Positions 9,849 to 19,170 of a stretch of 64,000 nucleotides of DNA are shown here, one piece after another (the stretch's first letter is position 1; the number at the start of each line of letters is the position of its first letter). Location of the stretch: assembly GCA_918797485.1 (NCBI GenBank), contig CAKKNE010000002.1, forward strand, positions 558,001-622,000, in the 5' to 3' direction. The position numbers were made by a program, and so were the translations under genes. The notes under the pieces were generated by a model. That model did no database searches and was not told the DNA's origin. It saw only the letters and a program-made list of their open reading frames with translations. The stretch comes from Pelagomonas calceolata (Eukaryota).

Positions 9849-11213
9849 TTACTCGGCCGGCGCGACCGTCTCGGCCGGCGGCGGAGCGCTCTCGGCCGCG
9901 AGGCGCGCGTCCAACGCGGCCAACCTGGCATCCTCGTCGCGCTGGCGCGCCTCGGCGTCGAGGACGTTCTGGTTCTTCGAGCGCATCGACGTCCGCTTCG
10001 CGGCCTCGTTGAACTTGCCCAGGTTGAACGAGTACGCGTAGGGCACGCCGTAGTCGCGCATCTTCGCGGCGAGCTTGTATGAGCCCGACTTGTCGTCGAC
10101 GACCTTGATCGAGCGCAGGGAGCCGTCGGAGAGCGTCGCGACGGCCACGTCGCCGTTCGCCGACAGGAACTCGACCTTGGCCACGCCGCCGAGGCGCGCC
10201 TTCTTCACGAGGTCATCATATTCGATCGGCGCCGCGTCGTCGGGCACGGACGGCCGCTCGACGGCGATGTTGGCGATGGGGTTGATCTCGACCTGGGGCA
10301 GCGCCGGCAGTGCCGGCAGGCCGGGGACGCCGGGCAGCGACGGCAGCGACGGCGCCGAAAGTTTCGGCAGCGACAGGCCCGGGGCCTCCGCCGGCACGGC
10401 CGGGGCGTCCGGTGCCACGGGGAACGAGGGCAGAGACGGCAGCGAGGGCGCCGGGAGCGACGGTAGTTTCGGCGGCGAGGGCAGCGTAAAAAGAGGGCCG
10501 TCGTCGCGCTTCGGCGCCGCGGCGTCGTTCCCGCCGAGCCCGCCCCAGATGGCGCCCGGCCCGGCGACGGAGGGCAGGTTAGACGGCGACGGCAGCGAGA
10601 ACGGCAGGGACTCCGCCGGCGCGGCGGCGTCGTCCGCCGGCGCCGCTGCCGGTGGCGCGGCGTCTTCGTCCTTGGGAGTTGGCGTCGCTAAGGCTTCGGC
10701 CCGCCGCCGCGCCTCGACGGCGCGCGTGTCCTCGGCCGGCGGCGCGGGCTCCTCCTTGGGCAAGACGGGAAACGAGGGCAAAGACGGCGACGTCCCGGGC
10801 GCGAAGAGCGGCGGCAGGGGCGGCAGGTCGAGGCCCCGGACGATGTCGCCGCCCCCCTTGGCCGGGGCGTCCGGTGCCGCTGGGAACGAGGGCAACGAGG
10901 GCAACGAGGGCGTCGGCAGGGATGGCATCGACGGCATCGATGGCATACCCATTGACGGCATCGACGGCATCGATGGCGTCGGCAGAGACGGCAAGGACGG
11001 GAGACCAAAGCCTCCAGCGTTTGCTGCAGGCGGCGGCGGCTCGGGCGCGACGGAGAACTCGAGCGCAAACGCCGGTCCACCAGTAGCGACTGCGGCGACC
11101 GCGGCCGCATTGCCGAGGTGCCGTCGCACCGCTCGCTGCAGCAGTCTGGAATTCATCTCAAGCGAGGCTGCTGGCGCAAGCACAGCACAGATCAATGCGC
11201 TGTGGCGCACCAT
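9849..11213 (-). CDS. Probable plastid (thylakoid-lumen) Pro/Ser-rich protein with an FtsH lumenal/extracellular-like C-terminal domain
   Basis: Signal peptide MVRHSALICAVLAPAAS-L, then a twin-Arg-type signal RR...AAAVAAVATGGPAFA. Long (LPS/MPS)n repeats. IEYDDLVKKARLGGVAKVEF resembles the FtsH_ext segment. No AAA or protease domain. Confidence 0.55.
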   Translation of the reverse strand: MVRHSALICAVLAPAASLEMNSRLLQRAVRRHLGNAAAVAAVATGGPAFALEFSVAPEPPPPAANAGGFGLPSLPSLPTPSMPSMPSMGMPSMPSMPSLPTPSLPSLPSFPAAPDAPAKGGGDIVRGLDLPPLPPLFAPGTSPSLPSFPVLPKEEPAPPAEDTRAVEARRRAEALATPTPKDEDAAPPAAAPADDAAAPAESLPFSLPSPSNLPSVAGPGAIWGGLGGNDAAAPKRDDGPLFTLPSPPKLPSLPAPSLPSLPSFPVAPDAPAVPAEAPGLSLPKLSAPSLPSLPGVPGLPALPALPQVEINPIANIAVERPSVPDDAAPIEYDDLVKKARLGGVAKVEFLSANGDVAVATLSDGSLRSIKVVDDKSGSYKLAAKMRDYGVPYAYSFNLGKFNEAAKRTSMRSKNQNVLDAEARQRDEDARLAALDARLAAESAPPPAETVAPAE

Positions 11214-11337
11214 GGTGATCGATCGAGCTGCCCAGTGATAGATGAGATAAATGACTGCAAGCTGTGGCAATTAGAGGATTTTACAGCAGTGAACTGGAAG
11301 ACTGATGCTGCTTGACCAAGAGGATAATAAAAGCAGC

Positions 11338-11360
11338 CTAGCGTGGTGTAACCACACTAG
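11338..11360 (-). promoter_or_regulatory. Recurrent upstream element CTAGTGTGGTTACACCACGCTAG
   Basis: Lies between divergent starts 11213(-) and 11662(+). Confidence 0.55.
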
Positions 11361-11661
11361 ACACCTCAAAAGGAAGTTGGCACCGTCTATCCTCCGATCA
11401 CAGGCATATATTCGAGCTCTAGAGCCCTCGGATTCCTGAAGCTCTCTGTGGGCTCTGTGGGCTTGGCTGTAGCGCCAAGCCTCCCAGCTCGCAGAGCGGC
11501 GCGCGACGCGCGGCGTGACAGGTCCTTTGCACTGCGCGACAGCTTTTCGGAGGCCACAAGGCTGCCCGCGCCGCGACCTGTTGGATTGCGTAGCGACGAG
11601 ACGAGCAGGGCAGCGTGAGACACACGAGCAGGGCAGCGCGAGAGACACAGGAGCAAAAACG

Positions 11662-14121
11662 ATGCAGAGCACATTAAAAGAGCCCGACTGGGTCGGCGAG
11701 GACGCGCTCGCCATGAAGCGCGAAGCCACCGAAGCCCGCAAGGCCAGGTTCACGCGGCGCGTGCGCGTGCCGTCGCCCGACGAGCGCATCAAGACGCGCC
11801 GCGACGCCTACGCCGGACACTTGAGGAGGCGGACGGCGGGCGGCCCGTCGCCCGTGCGGCAGACTTTGAGGTTTGCGGCGGAGTCCGCCATGCGAAAAGA
11901 CCGGGGCGGCGCCTACCCTGAACTACGCAGTACCCTAGAATACAAGGGTTTGAGTGATGAGCAGGTGATGAAGCGGGGGACGAATATCGTGCCGGGCGCC
12001 GACGTCGACACGTGGGACTTTTTCGCGCGCAACGAGACGCCGCCGCTCCGACCGGTCAGCCCCTGGCCGCGGCCGCCCCCGCGCGCGTCGACGGCGCGGA
12101 CCTGCAAGCGCCCCAAACCAGAAGTCTGGCGGCCGACGACGGCCTACGGCACGCTCGACGGGACGCTATCAAGAAGGCCGGGCATCCTCGACGACGATAG
12201 TACGAGGAGGGACTTTGAAATCGTAAGACCGTGGACGCCGTTCCCCGAGCCCGACGCCACGACCGTCGAGGAGGCGTTGTATCTCTGGACGCAGTCCGAC
12301 TCGCCGGACCTCGTCGAGTTCCTCGACCGCATCAAGCCCCCGACGCCGCGCATGCGGCGGCTGAAGACGGCGCCGGAGAAGCTCGCGCCGGCGCCCGCCG
12401 CCGCGCCGGCGCCGGCGCCGGCCTGGGAGCTCCCCGACTTCGACGCCGACAAGGCCTTTCGCCAGCTGCTCAGCGACAACCAGAAGCGGCGCGTCCTCAC
12501 GGCCATCGAGGACGACCCCGACGCGTTTGATGAGGCGGTGGTCGCGGAGCTCCGGGCCCAGCACGCTCCCAAAATTGTCGAGGCCGCGGCGCCCGGCGCG
12601 CGCGGCCGGAGCGCGCCCTCCAAGTTCCGCGACCGGCCGCGCGCCCACCTGAACACGCGATGGAACCCGCACTACACGCCGGAATTTGCGAGAACGCTGC
12701 AGGAGGACTGGCGCGCGCGGGACGAAGCGCGGGGCGTCGAGGCGCGCCGCCGCAAGCGCGAGTTGATAGAAGCGAGCGACTGGGGCGTGCGCCTGGCGGC
12801 CGTCGAACGGGAAAAGGCCCTCGCAGCAAGAGAGGAGCGCCGGCGGCGGCGCCTGGAACGCCGCCAAAAGCCGTTCCTCGTCTTCGCCGCGGGCGTCCTC
12901 TACGCGGCCGCGCTCCGGCGGAAGTTCTGGCTGTTGAAAGCAACGGACGACGCGTCGAAGCGGCGGCACGAGGCGGCGCTGAAGATCGCCCGGAAGTGGC
13001 GGAACCACTTCGTGTGGGACCGCGGGCCCTGGCTGCGGCGGTGCCTCGCGCACGGCTGGCGGCTGCGCTACGTCGTGCGCAAGCAGCGCGTGCGCAACGC
13101 CGCGCGGCGCCTGAAGACGCACTTGCGCGAGGTCCGGGCGCAGCGCGTGACGCCGGGCTTCGCGGTCAAGAGGTTCCTGTGGGCGACGAATCGCGTGCAA
13201 ACGGCCATACGCGCGTTCGTGGCGTGCTGGGCCGCGCGGCGCCAGGTCTGTCGATTGCGGTGGCCCGCGCTCGAGGCGTCAGCAAGGCGGCGCCTCGCGG
13301 ACCGCGCGCTCGAGCGCCAGAAGTTGGAATGCCGGCGGCAGATCGACGTCGCGATCCGCAAGAGCGTCGCGCGCAAGCGGGCTTCCCATAAACCGCCGTC
13401 GCACCGCAAGAAGCCCGCGGCGACCTTCGCGACGAAGCGCCAGCTGCGCGCGCACGCGAAGCAGATGCGGGGCTCGGCCCAGTGCTTCGCGCGCATGGAC
13501 GCGCTCTGGGCCGTCCAGGAGGTCAACCGGCGCGCTCCCAAAAAGAAGCTGCCGGTCATCGAATCGGTGGTACGGGAGGAGTGCGCGTGCAACAACGTCG
13601 ACGCCTCGCTGTTGTATGTGCTGAGCAAGAAGGAGATCAACTCTGCCATAGACACGGCCCTCAAGAAGAAGCGCCGCTGCCACGTGCGCAACGTGCGCAC
13701 GCTGAAGGCCGAACGGCGCATGCCCAAGGGGCCGGACCCCAAGGCGTTGCTGAACGACGCGGTCGAGGCGCCGGTCGAGGATGATGGGGGCGAGTTCGTC
13801 TGGCCGACGATGCGGCTGTACACGGGCGACGACCTCGGCGACTCGTGGGATCTTGTCGTGGAGGGCCTGGTCGAGAAGGACCTGCGGGCGCGGCGGCGGC
13901 AGCTGGCGCGGCGGCTCTCGTCGTTGCCCGACGAGCACCACATCGACCGGGTGGCCACGGCGCTGCTCGACGACGACTCGTTCCTCGGCGACGAAGTGAC
14001 CCTGGACGCAGACTGGAGCGGCAACGACGAGGACTCGTCGTGGACGGGCCTCACGCACTCCTCGCTGAACACGGCGGAGGCCGAAGCCAATCCGGATTTG
14101 GTAGCGAATACGGACCCGTAG
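11662..14121 (+). CDS. Hypothetical basic/coiled-coil protein with IQ-like motifs
   Basis: 819-aa ORF from ATG 11662, coding-like codon usage, IQ-like segments AALKIARKWR and VQTAIRAF. Confidence 0.6.
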   Translation: MQSTLKEPDWVGEDALAMKREATEARKARFTRRVRVPSPDERIKTRRDAYAGHLRRRTAGGPSPVRQTLRFAAESAMRKDRGGAYPELRSTLEYKGLSDEQVMKRGTNIVPGADVDTWDFFARNETPPLRPVSPWPRPPPRASTARTCKRPKPEVWRPTTAYGTLDGTLSRRPGILDDDSTRRDFEIVRPWTPFPEPDATTVEEALYLWTQSDSPDLVEFLDRIKPPTPRMRRLKTAPEKLAPAPAAAPAPAPAWELPDFDADKAFRQLLSDNQKRRVLTAIEDDPDAFDEAVVAELRAQHAPKIVEAAAPGARGRSAPSKFRDRPRAHLNTRWNPHYTPEFARTLQEDWRARDEARGVEARRRKRELIEASDWGVRLAAVEREKALAAREERRRRRLERRQKPFLVFAAGVLYAAALRRKFWLLKATDDASKRRHEAALKIARKWRNHFVWDRGPWLRRCLAHGWRLRYVVRKQRVRNAARRLKTHLREVRAQRVTPGFAVKRFLWATNRVQTAIRAFVACWAARRQVCRLRWPALEASARRRLADRALERQKLECRRQIDVAIRKSVARKRASHKPPSHRKKPAATFATKRQLRAHAKQMRGSAQCFARMDALWAVQEVNRRAPKKKLPVIESVVREECACNNVDASLLYVLSKKEINSAIDTALKKKRRCHVRNVRTLKAERRMPKGPDPKALLNDAVEAPVEDDGGEFVWPTMRLYTGDDLGDSWDLVVEGLVEKDLRARRRQLARRLSSLPDEHHIDRVATALLDDDSFLGDEVTLDADWSGNDEDSSWTGLTHSSLNTAEAEANPDLVANTDP

Positions 14122-14150
14122 TAGCGAATACTTAAAATAGTGGGTGAATT

Positions 14151-16673
14151 TCATTCGTCCTCGAGGGACGTCGACCCGCTCGAGGGCCGCCCCATCGGCG
14201 GCGTCGCGCCGAGCGCCTGGGCCGGCGGCAGCGTCGACGGCGCGAAGGGGTCCGTGTGCTGGCGCCGCGGCGGAGAAGCGCGCGGCGGCGGCGGCGGCGA
14301 GCCCGCGAGCGCGGCCGCGAGCGCCTCGAGCTTCGCGGCCGCGTCCGCGGATAATGAGGTCGGCCGCGCCAGAACGCCGGCGAGCCGCTCGACCACAAAC
14401 GCCGCCTGGCGGCGCAGCGCGCCGCCCTCGTCGCTCGACGAGTCGCCGAAGGCGGACGCCGTCTCCTCGGGCGCCTCCGCGGTCTCCTCCACAATCACCG
14501 GCGGCTTGCCCGACTCGCCCAGCGCTTCTTTGGTGAGCCGCTTCCTGATACTCATGATGAGGGCCACCTTCAGCCGCATCCACCTCCCATAATTGTGGAT
14601 GTGGTGGCTGAATACCCTAAAGGACGGCTTCTGGAGAATCGTGTGCAGCTCCTCCGCGTCGAGTCGCAACAAGTGCGTCACGCGGACGGCCCGCGCCGTG
14701 TAGTGTCGCAATAACGGCTTGAACTCCTCGCCCGTCGCCACGACCATGCTGATGTCGTCCCCGAAGAAGTCGTTCGTGTGCCTATTTTCCACATCATAGA
14801 GTAGATGCGACTTCCTTCCACTCAACCTAACCTGACCACTCCGAATAACGTACAGCGCGTCGTTCATCGACAGGTAGCGGTGGATGATCGTATCTTTGGC
14901 GAGGTGTAAGGTCGAATGTAAGAGCTTGGCGATTTGCACGGTGAACTCCGCGTACTCGTAATGCAACAAGAAATTCCTATCCATGGTCCCGGCGGCCTTA
15001 CCGGACGTGTTCCCACAGACCCGCGCCACGCGCGCGTTGTCCACCTCGTACTCGCGCTGCGGCTCCTCGCCGTCCTCGTACATGACGTCGTAGTACAGGT
15101 AGCGCGGGATGGCGACGACTCTCGCTAATCGAGTTCGAGCGGCCTTTTTTCGTCTCCTTTTGGTGGTGCGCTCGTCGCCGCCGACCATGACGTCGTGCAC
15201 GTCCGGCTTCCAGTTCGGCGCATGTACGGTGACGACCGTTCCTACGCGAACGCCGCAGGCCGCTTGCACCGTGTACGCGACGAAGGGGATTCTTGAAACT
15301 ACATCTCCAAAGTTTTGATTGGCCACGAACGCCTGCAACGACGGGGACAATTCCTCGATGACGCCCTTGTAGTAGTTGTCCCGGAAGATCTCCTCGCTCT
15401 CCATGATGTACTCCCTTAGCTTGCTCCGCAACTTCTCGGGGAAGTTGCCCTTCTCCATGTAGTCGTTGAGATTGTCTAACCGCATCCGGAAGTCGTTCGT
15501 CACTGGATCCAAGTTCGACACCGTGTTCGTCAGCTCTCCCACCAAGAAGGCTAGAGCGAAGCACCCGATGAGCATCAATGCTAAGGATAGAATATACTCG
15601 ACGTCCGTATAGACGTTATATTCACCGTTCATCGTCGCGAAGGCCCACAAGCAGCATAGTATATATTCGCCCCAGATCCGCCTCCCCCGAGGTACGCTGC
15701 TATCGAGCTGGCCCATGCGGTCCTCACTCAACACCGTCGTCTGCGAGCTCCCGTAGGCCGCGTGGCCCAGCCGCAGGAAGCAGGCGGCCCAGTGGATGCA
15801 GAATAAGAGCAAGAGGACGTACCTCGCTAGCACCAGCCGCTTCGTGGAGACGGCGACGTGCTTCGCCATGTGCGAGAGCATGCGAAACGACCGAATAACC
15901 CTAAGTAATTTCAGGCCCTTGAACGCCCTCACAACTCGCATCCACTTCCCTTCTTTGCTCAAAAACAGCGCGAAGGGGAAGATCGAACAAATGTCCACCC
16001 AGAACCAAAACTGCAAGTATTGGGACGCGATCTTCTTCCGGTCCAAGATCCACTCCCCCGTGTCCTCGTTCTGGAAGGCCGTGTTGAACTCCAGGCATAT
16101 GTCGAACGCGAAGAAGACGTCGACCAAATAGTTCACGACCTGCATGCCCGTCGTGTCGACCGAGAACGCGATCTCGAAGGGGACCACAATAATGACATAG
16201 ATAATCAAAATAAGGACGAAGATGTTCCACCGAATTCTCCACTTCGCGTAGGGGTCCATGACGTGGCACGTCGTATGATCATTATGTAACTTGTCCTCGG
16301 AGTCCTCCTTGCGGTGGTCCACATACGTCTGGTAGGACGGGGATTTGGGTTTAGAATTCCAGGGGTTCGGCAGGCCGTGCGGCGCATGTAATAATCTCGC
16401 GGAGTTGTCGGCGCGCGTCGGTCGGATCTTTTCTTCCTGGGGGATCTTCGGCGGCCGTCCGACCGGAGAGACGTGGCCGGCCCTTCCCCGCAACTGGTCG
16501 TGCGTGAAGTTCGCTATCGAAATCAAAGCCTCGGAGCTCGACTTGCCGAGCTTCTTCATCGAATGGGTCGGGCTCGCCGCGCCTCGGCCATCCTTCTCCT
16601 CTCCTGATGATCTTTTCGCGTTGCCCACGCCGACGCGGCCGGGCCGGTTGAGCAGCGAGGGGCTGATGGGCAT
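14151..16673 (-). CDS. Cyclic-nucleotide-binding-domain cation channel (KCNH/HCN/CNG-like 6-TM)
   Basis: DPYAKWRIRWN, VPFEIAF, DICLEFNTAF, IASQYLQFWFWVDICSIFPF, S4 with R/K repeats, HWAAC, C-linker (YM...FP..LRSKLREY), CNBD (LYVIRSGQV, FFGD). Confidence 0.9.
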   Translation of the reverse strand: MPISPSLLNRPGRVGVGNAKRSSGEEKDGRGAASPTHSMKKLGKSSSEALISIANFTHDQLRGRAGHVSPVGRPPKIPQEEKIRPTRADNSARLLHAPHGLPNPWNSKPKSPSYQTYVDHRKEDSEDKLHNDHTTCHVMDPYAKWRIRWNIFVLILIIYVIIVVPFEIAFSVDTTGMQVVNYLVDVFFAFDICLEFNTAFQNEDTGEWILDRKKIASQYLQFWFWVDICSIFPFALFLSKEGKWMRVVRAFKGLKLLRVIRSFRMLSHMAKHVAVSTKRLVLARYVLLLLFCIHWAACFLRLGHAAYGSSQTTVLSEDRMGQLDSSVPRGRRIWGEYILCCLWAFATMNGEYNVYTDVEYILSLALMLIGCFALAFLVGELTNTVSNLDPVTNDFRMRLDNLNDYMEKGNFPEKLRSKLREYIMESEEIFRDNYYKGVIEELSPSLQAFVANQNFGDVVSRIPFVAYTVQAACGVRVGTVVTVHAPNWKPDVHDVMVGGDERTTKRRRKKAARTRLARVVAIPRYLYYDVMYEDGEEPQREYEVDNARVARVCGNTSGKAAGTMDRNFLLHYEYAEFTVQIAKLLHSTLHLAKDTIIHRYLSMNDALYVIRSGQVRLSGRKSHLLYDVENRHTNDFFGDDISMVVATGEEFKPLLRHYTARAVRVTHLLRLDAEELHTILQKPSFRVFSHHIHNYGRWMRLKVALIMSIRKRLTKEALGESGKPPVIVEETAEAPEETASAFGDSSSDEGGALRRQAAFVVERLAGVLARPTSLSADAAAKLEALAAALAGSPPPPPRASPPRRQHTDPFAPSTLPPAQALGATPPMGRPSSGSTSLEDE

Positions 16674-17048
16674 GCTGGCTGTTTCAGCTTTGGCTGTGGG
16701 GGCAGCCCCGCGGCCGCTGCCCGCGCGCGAGCGCTATGTATCGGATGACTGCCGCTACGAGAGCTTGGCAATGGGTGCCACCGCCGCTGCGCTGGGCCAC
16801 ACGCAATTGCAATCGATGTCCTCGATTGCCGCCACAGCGAGAGTGCGGGCTCCCCACGTACCTCCGTTGAGCGTAAGGGTTACGCCGCGCCCGCGACCCC
16901 GCCGGACGCGTCGGACTAGATGCCGCCTGCCTCGCATCGTCGAGGCGCACGCGCGCCCATCTCCCGCGGGCTGGCTTGACCGCCCCCTTCATTGGCGTGA
17001 GACGCTTCTGCCGGCCCATCGTGTACAAATAACAAATAGACCACACAA

Positions 17049-17738
17049 CTACGGATTTACGCGCGCGCAATCCCACGCGCCGTCCGCGAGACGGTCGAGC
17101 TGCCGGAAGTTGTCCGTCAATCTCAAATAATCGACGGCGTCGGGCGCGACCAGCCCCAGCAGGAACACGTCGGGCGCCGGGAGCATCTTGCCCTCCGCGT
17201 CGCGGCCGCCCGCGGGCACGGCCTCCGGCGCGGCGTCGAAGGTCTCGGCAGGGGGGTGCGCCCAGAAGAACTGCTCGCGCGCCTTGTCCGACAGGTTGCC
17301 CCACTGCTGCTTGCGCAGGGCGGCGTCTTCCTCAAGTCCGTCGCCCCCGACGTAGGTAATGTCGCCGGCGAAGCGATACTGCTCCGACGACTGGCTGAAC
17401 CACCAGCAGACCTCGACGCGCCGCGATTCCTTGACCTTGGCGGACCGGTTATCCGTGATGATCTTGAGGCGGCCGTCGGGCGCGAAGCCCCGAAACACGA
17501 CCGTGCGGCAGCGGGGCGCGTTATTGGCATCGACGGTCGCGAGCTGCACGTAGTTGCCGCCCCTGATCTTGCGCGACCGCGCGATGGAGTCGGTGATGCG
17601 CTCGCGCCACGGCACGACGCCGTCCATCGCACTCATGCTCACGGTTTGCACCCGCGTGGCGCGATGGAGGGCCGTCGTCGCGCGGAAGGCCGCCAGCGTC
17701 GTCAGCCTTACGAACTGGCGCGTGAGGATGCGGGGCAT
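17049..17738 (-). CDS. Pyridoxamine 5'-phosphate oxidase-like FMN-binding protein
   Basis: YVQLATVD...PRCRTVVFRGF, TDNRSAKV, VEVCWWF..S.EQYRF.G, VDYLRL. Confidence 0.85.
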   Translation of the reverse strand: MPRILTRQFVRLTTLAAFRATTALHRATRVQTVSMSAMDGVVPWRERITDSIARSRKIRGGNYVQLATVDANNAPRCRTVVFRGFAPDGRLKIITDNRSAKVKESRRVEVCWWFSQSSEQYRFAGDITYVGGDGLEEDAALRKQQWGNLSDKAREQFFWAHPPAETFDAAPEAVPAGGRDAEGKMLPAPDVFLLGLVAPDAVDYLRLTDNFRQLDRLADGAWDCARVNP

Positions 17739-18136
17739 CCGCTACGTCGCTGAGCAGTATGCTGTGCAGTCTCACACTGCGGAGGGACGCAACACGCAAG
17801 TGCACCACCGCAGCAGTGGAGAGGATGAACAAGTGCAGAGCGGTGCACGAAGCCGACTGCAACTGGCTCGCACCAACGCAGAGCAGCAATTACACTACTT
17901 CGCAGTTCTCTTTTGCCGTGCAGTGCAGCGATGCGCGAGCACTGGACGCCAGCTGAGCAGCTACTGCACGCTGGCAAGAGGCACTAGCTTTTTTTGAATG
18001 CGTCGTGGTACCCGTAACAACGGCTCCAGAAAGAGGCATCGGACGCTGAACCGCCTGGAGGACCAGCGCCGGGAGGCAGGCCAGAGAGACAGCGCCGAGC
18101 ACAGAGGCAGCCCCAAAGTCCAAAGCCGCGAAAGCC

Positions 18137-19150
18137 ATGGCCGGCGCGGCCGCGGAGCCCGTGCGCGGCATGCGCGTCGTCACCGAGCAGTACGAGAAGC
18201 TCGAGCACGTCGTGGGCAGCCTCAATAGTAAGACACGAGACCTACTCCTCAGAGAGAGGAAGGAGTTCCTCGCGGCCTATAGAGCTCACTCCTTCCGCAT
18301 CCAGGACGAGCTCCAGGAGCTCCGAGCCAAGGTCCAGGCCGAACAGTCTTCAACAAAGAAGGACGAGAAGGTCCGGCGGCTGAAAGAGGACTGTGACTGG
18401 TTTAGAAGGGAGGCCTTAAGGTTGGACGAGGAGGGCACGAAGATGACCCAGGAATTGCACAAGCTGAAGACGCAGCTCGACGATTCGGAGCGAGATCGGA
18501 GTTGGTTGTTGAATGAATTGGCGAGGACACAAACGACCACGGAACTACTTGCTGTCAAGATCGCGGACGCCGAAGCCCAAAGGAATGCGCCGCCGACCCC
18601 GGAACCGGAGGACGATGGCGAAGATGATGATAGCGCGCCTGTCGTCGTCTTGTCGCCGCGCGAGCGGCTTCGGAGGGACCGGGAGGAGAAGGCCGAGATC
18701 GCCAAGCGACGGAAACAGAAGGTCCAGGTGGCCCACCAGGTCGCGGACCGGATCAAGGAGTGCGAGCGCTACGAGAGGCAGATCGCCGAGGAACGCGACC
18801 GCGTCCGGCCGCCGACGGAGGAGAGTCGATTACTGCAGACGGAGTTCCTCGAGGCGGTGCTCGCGGTTTCACGCGAGAAGGACGTGCGCCTAGGTATTGA
18901 TGATCGAACGTCCGGCGCGCCCGCCGCGGACCCCGAGACGGGCGAGCCGGACGTGTCGCTCATCGAGCCGATCGAGCTCGATCGGTGGACATCTATAGAG
19001 CGGAGGGATGTGATGAGCCGCTTCCTGGCCATGCCGACGGCGGCCGCGGCGATGGAGCGCATAGATCCCGCGCCCGAGCCCGAGCCCGAGCCGGCGCCAG
19101 CGCCGGCGCCATCCGATGAGTTGAAAAAGGTCATGAAATTCTTTGGGTAA
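18137..19150 (+). CDS. Coiled-coil hypothetical protein
   Basis: 337-aa charged heptad-rich ORF (FLAAYR.H...IQ.EL..L, DWFRREAL.LD). Confidence 0.7.
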   Translation: MAGAAAEPVRGMRVVTEQYEKLEHVVGSLNSKTRDLLLRERKEFLAAYRAHSFRIQDELQELRAKVQAEQSSTKKDEKVRRLKEDCDWFRREALRLDEEGTKMTQELHKLKTQLDDSERDRSWLLNELARTQTTTELLAVKIADAEAQRNAPPTPEPEDDGEDDDSAPVVVLSPRERLRRDREEKAEIAKRRKQKVQVAHQVADRIKECERYERQIAEERDRVRPPTEESRLLQTEFLEAVLAVSREKDVRLGIDDRTSGAPAADPETGEPDVSLIEPIELDRWTSIERRDVMSRFLAMPTAAAAMERIDPAPEPEPEPAPAPAPSDELKKVMKFFG

Positions 19151-19170
19151 CGACACACAACATAGTTAGA

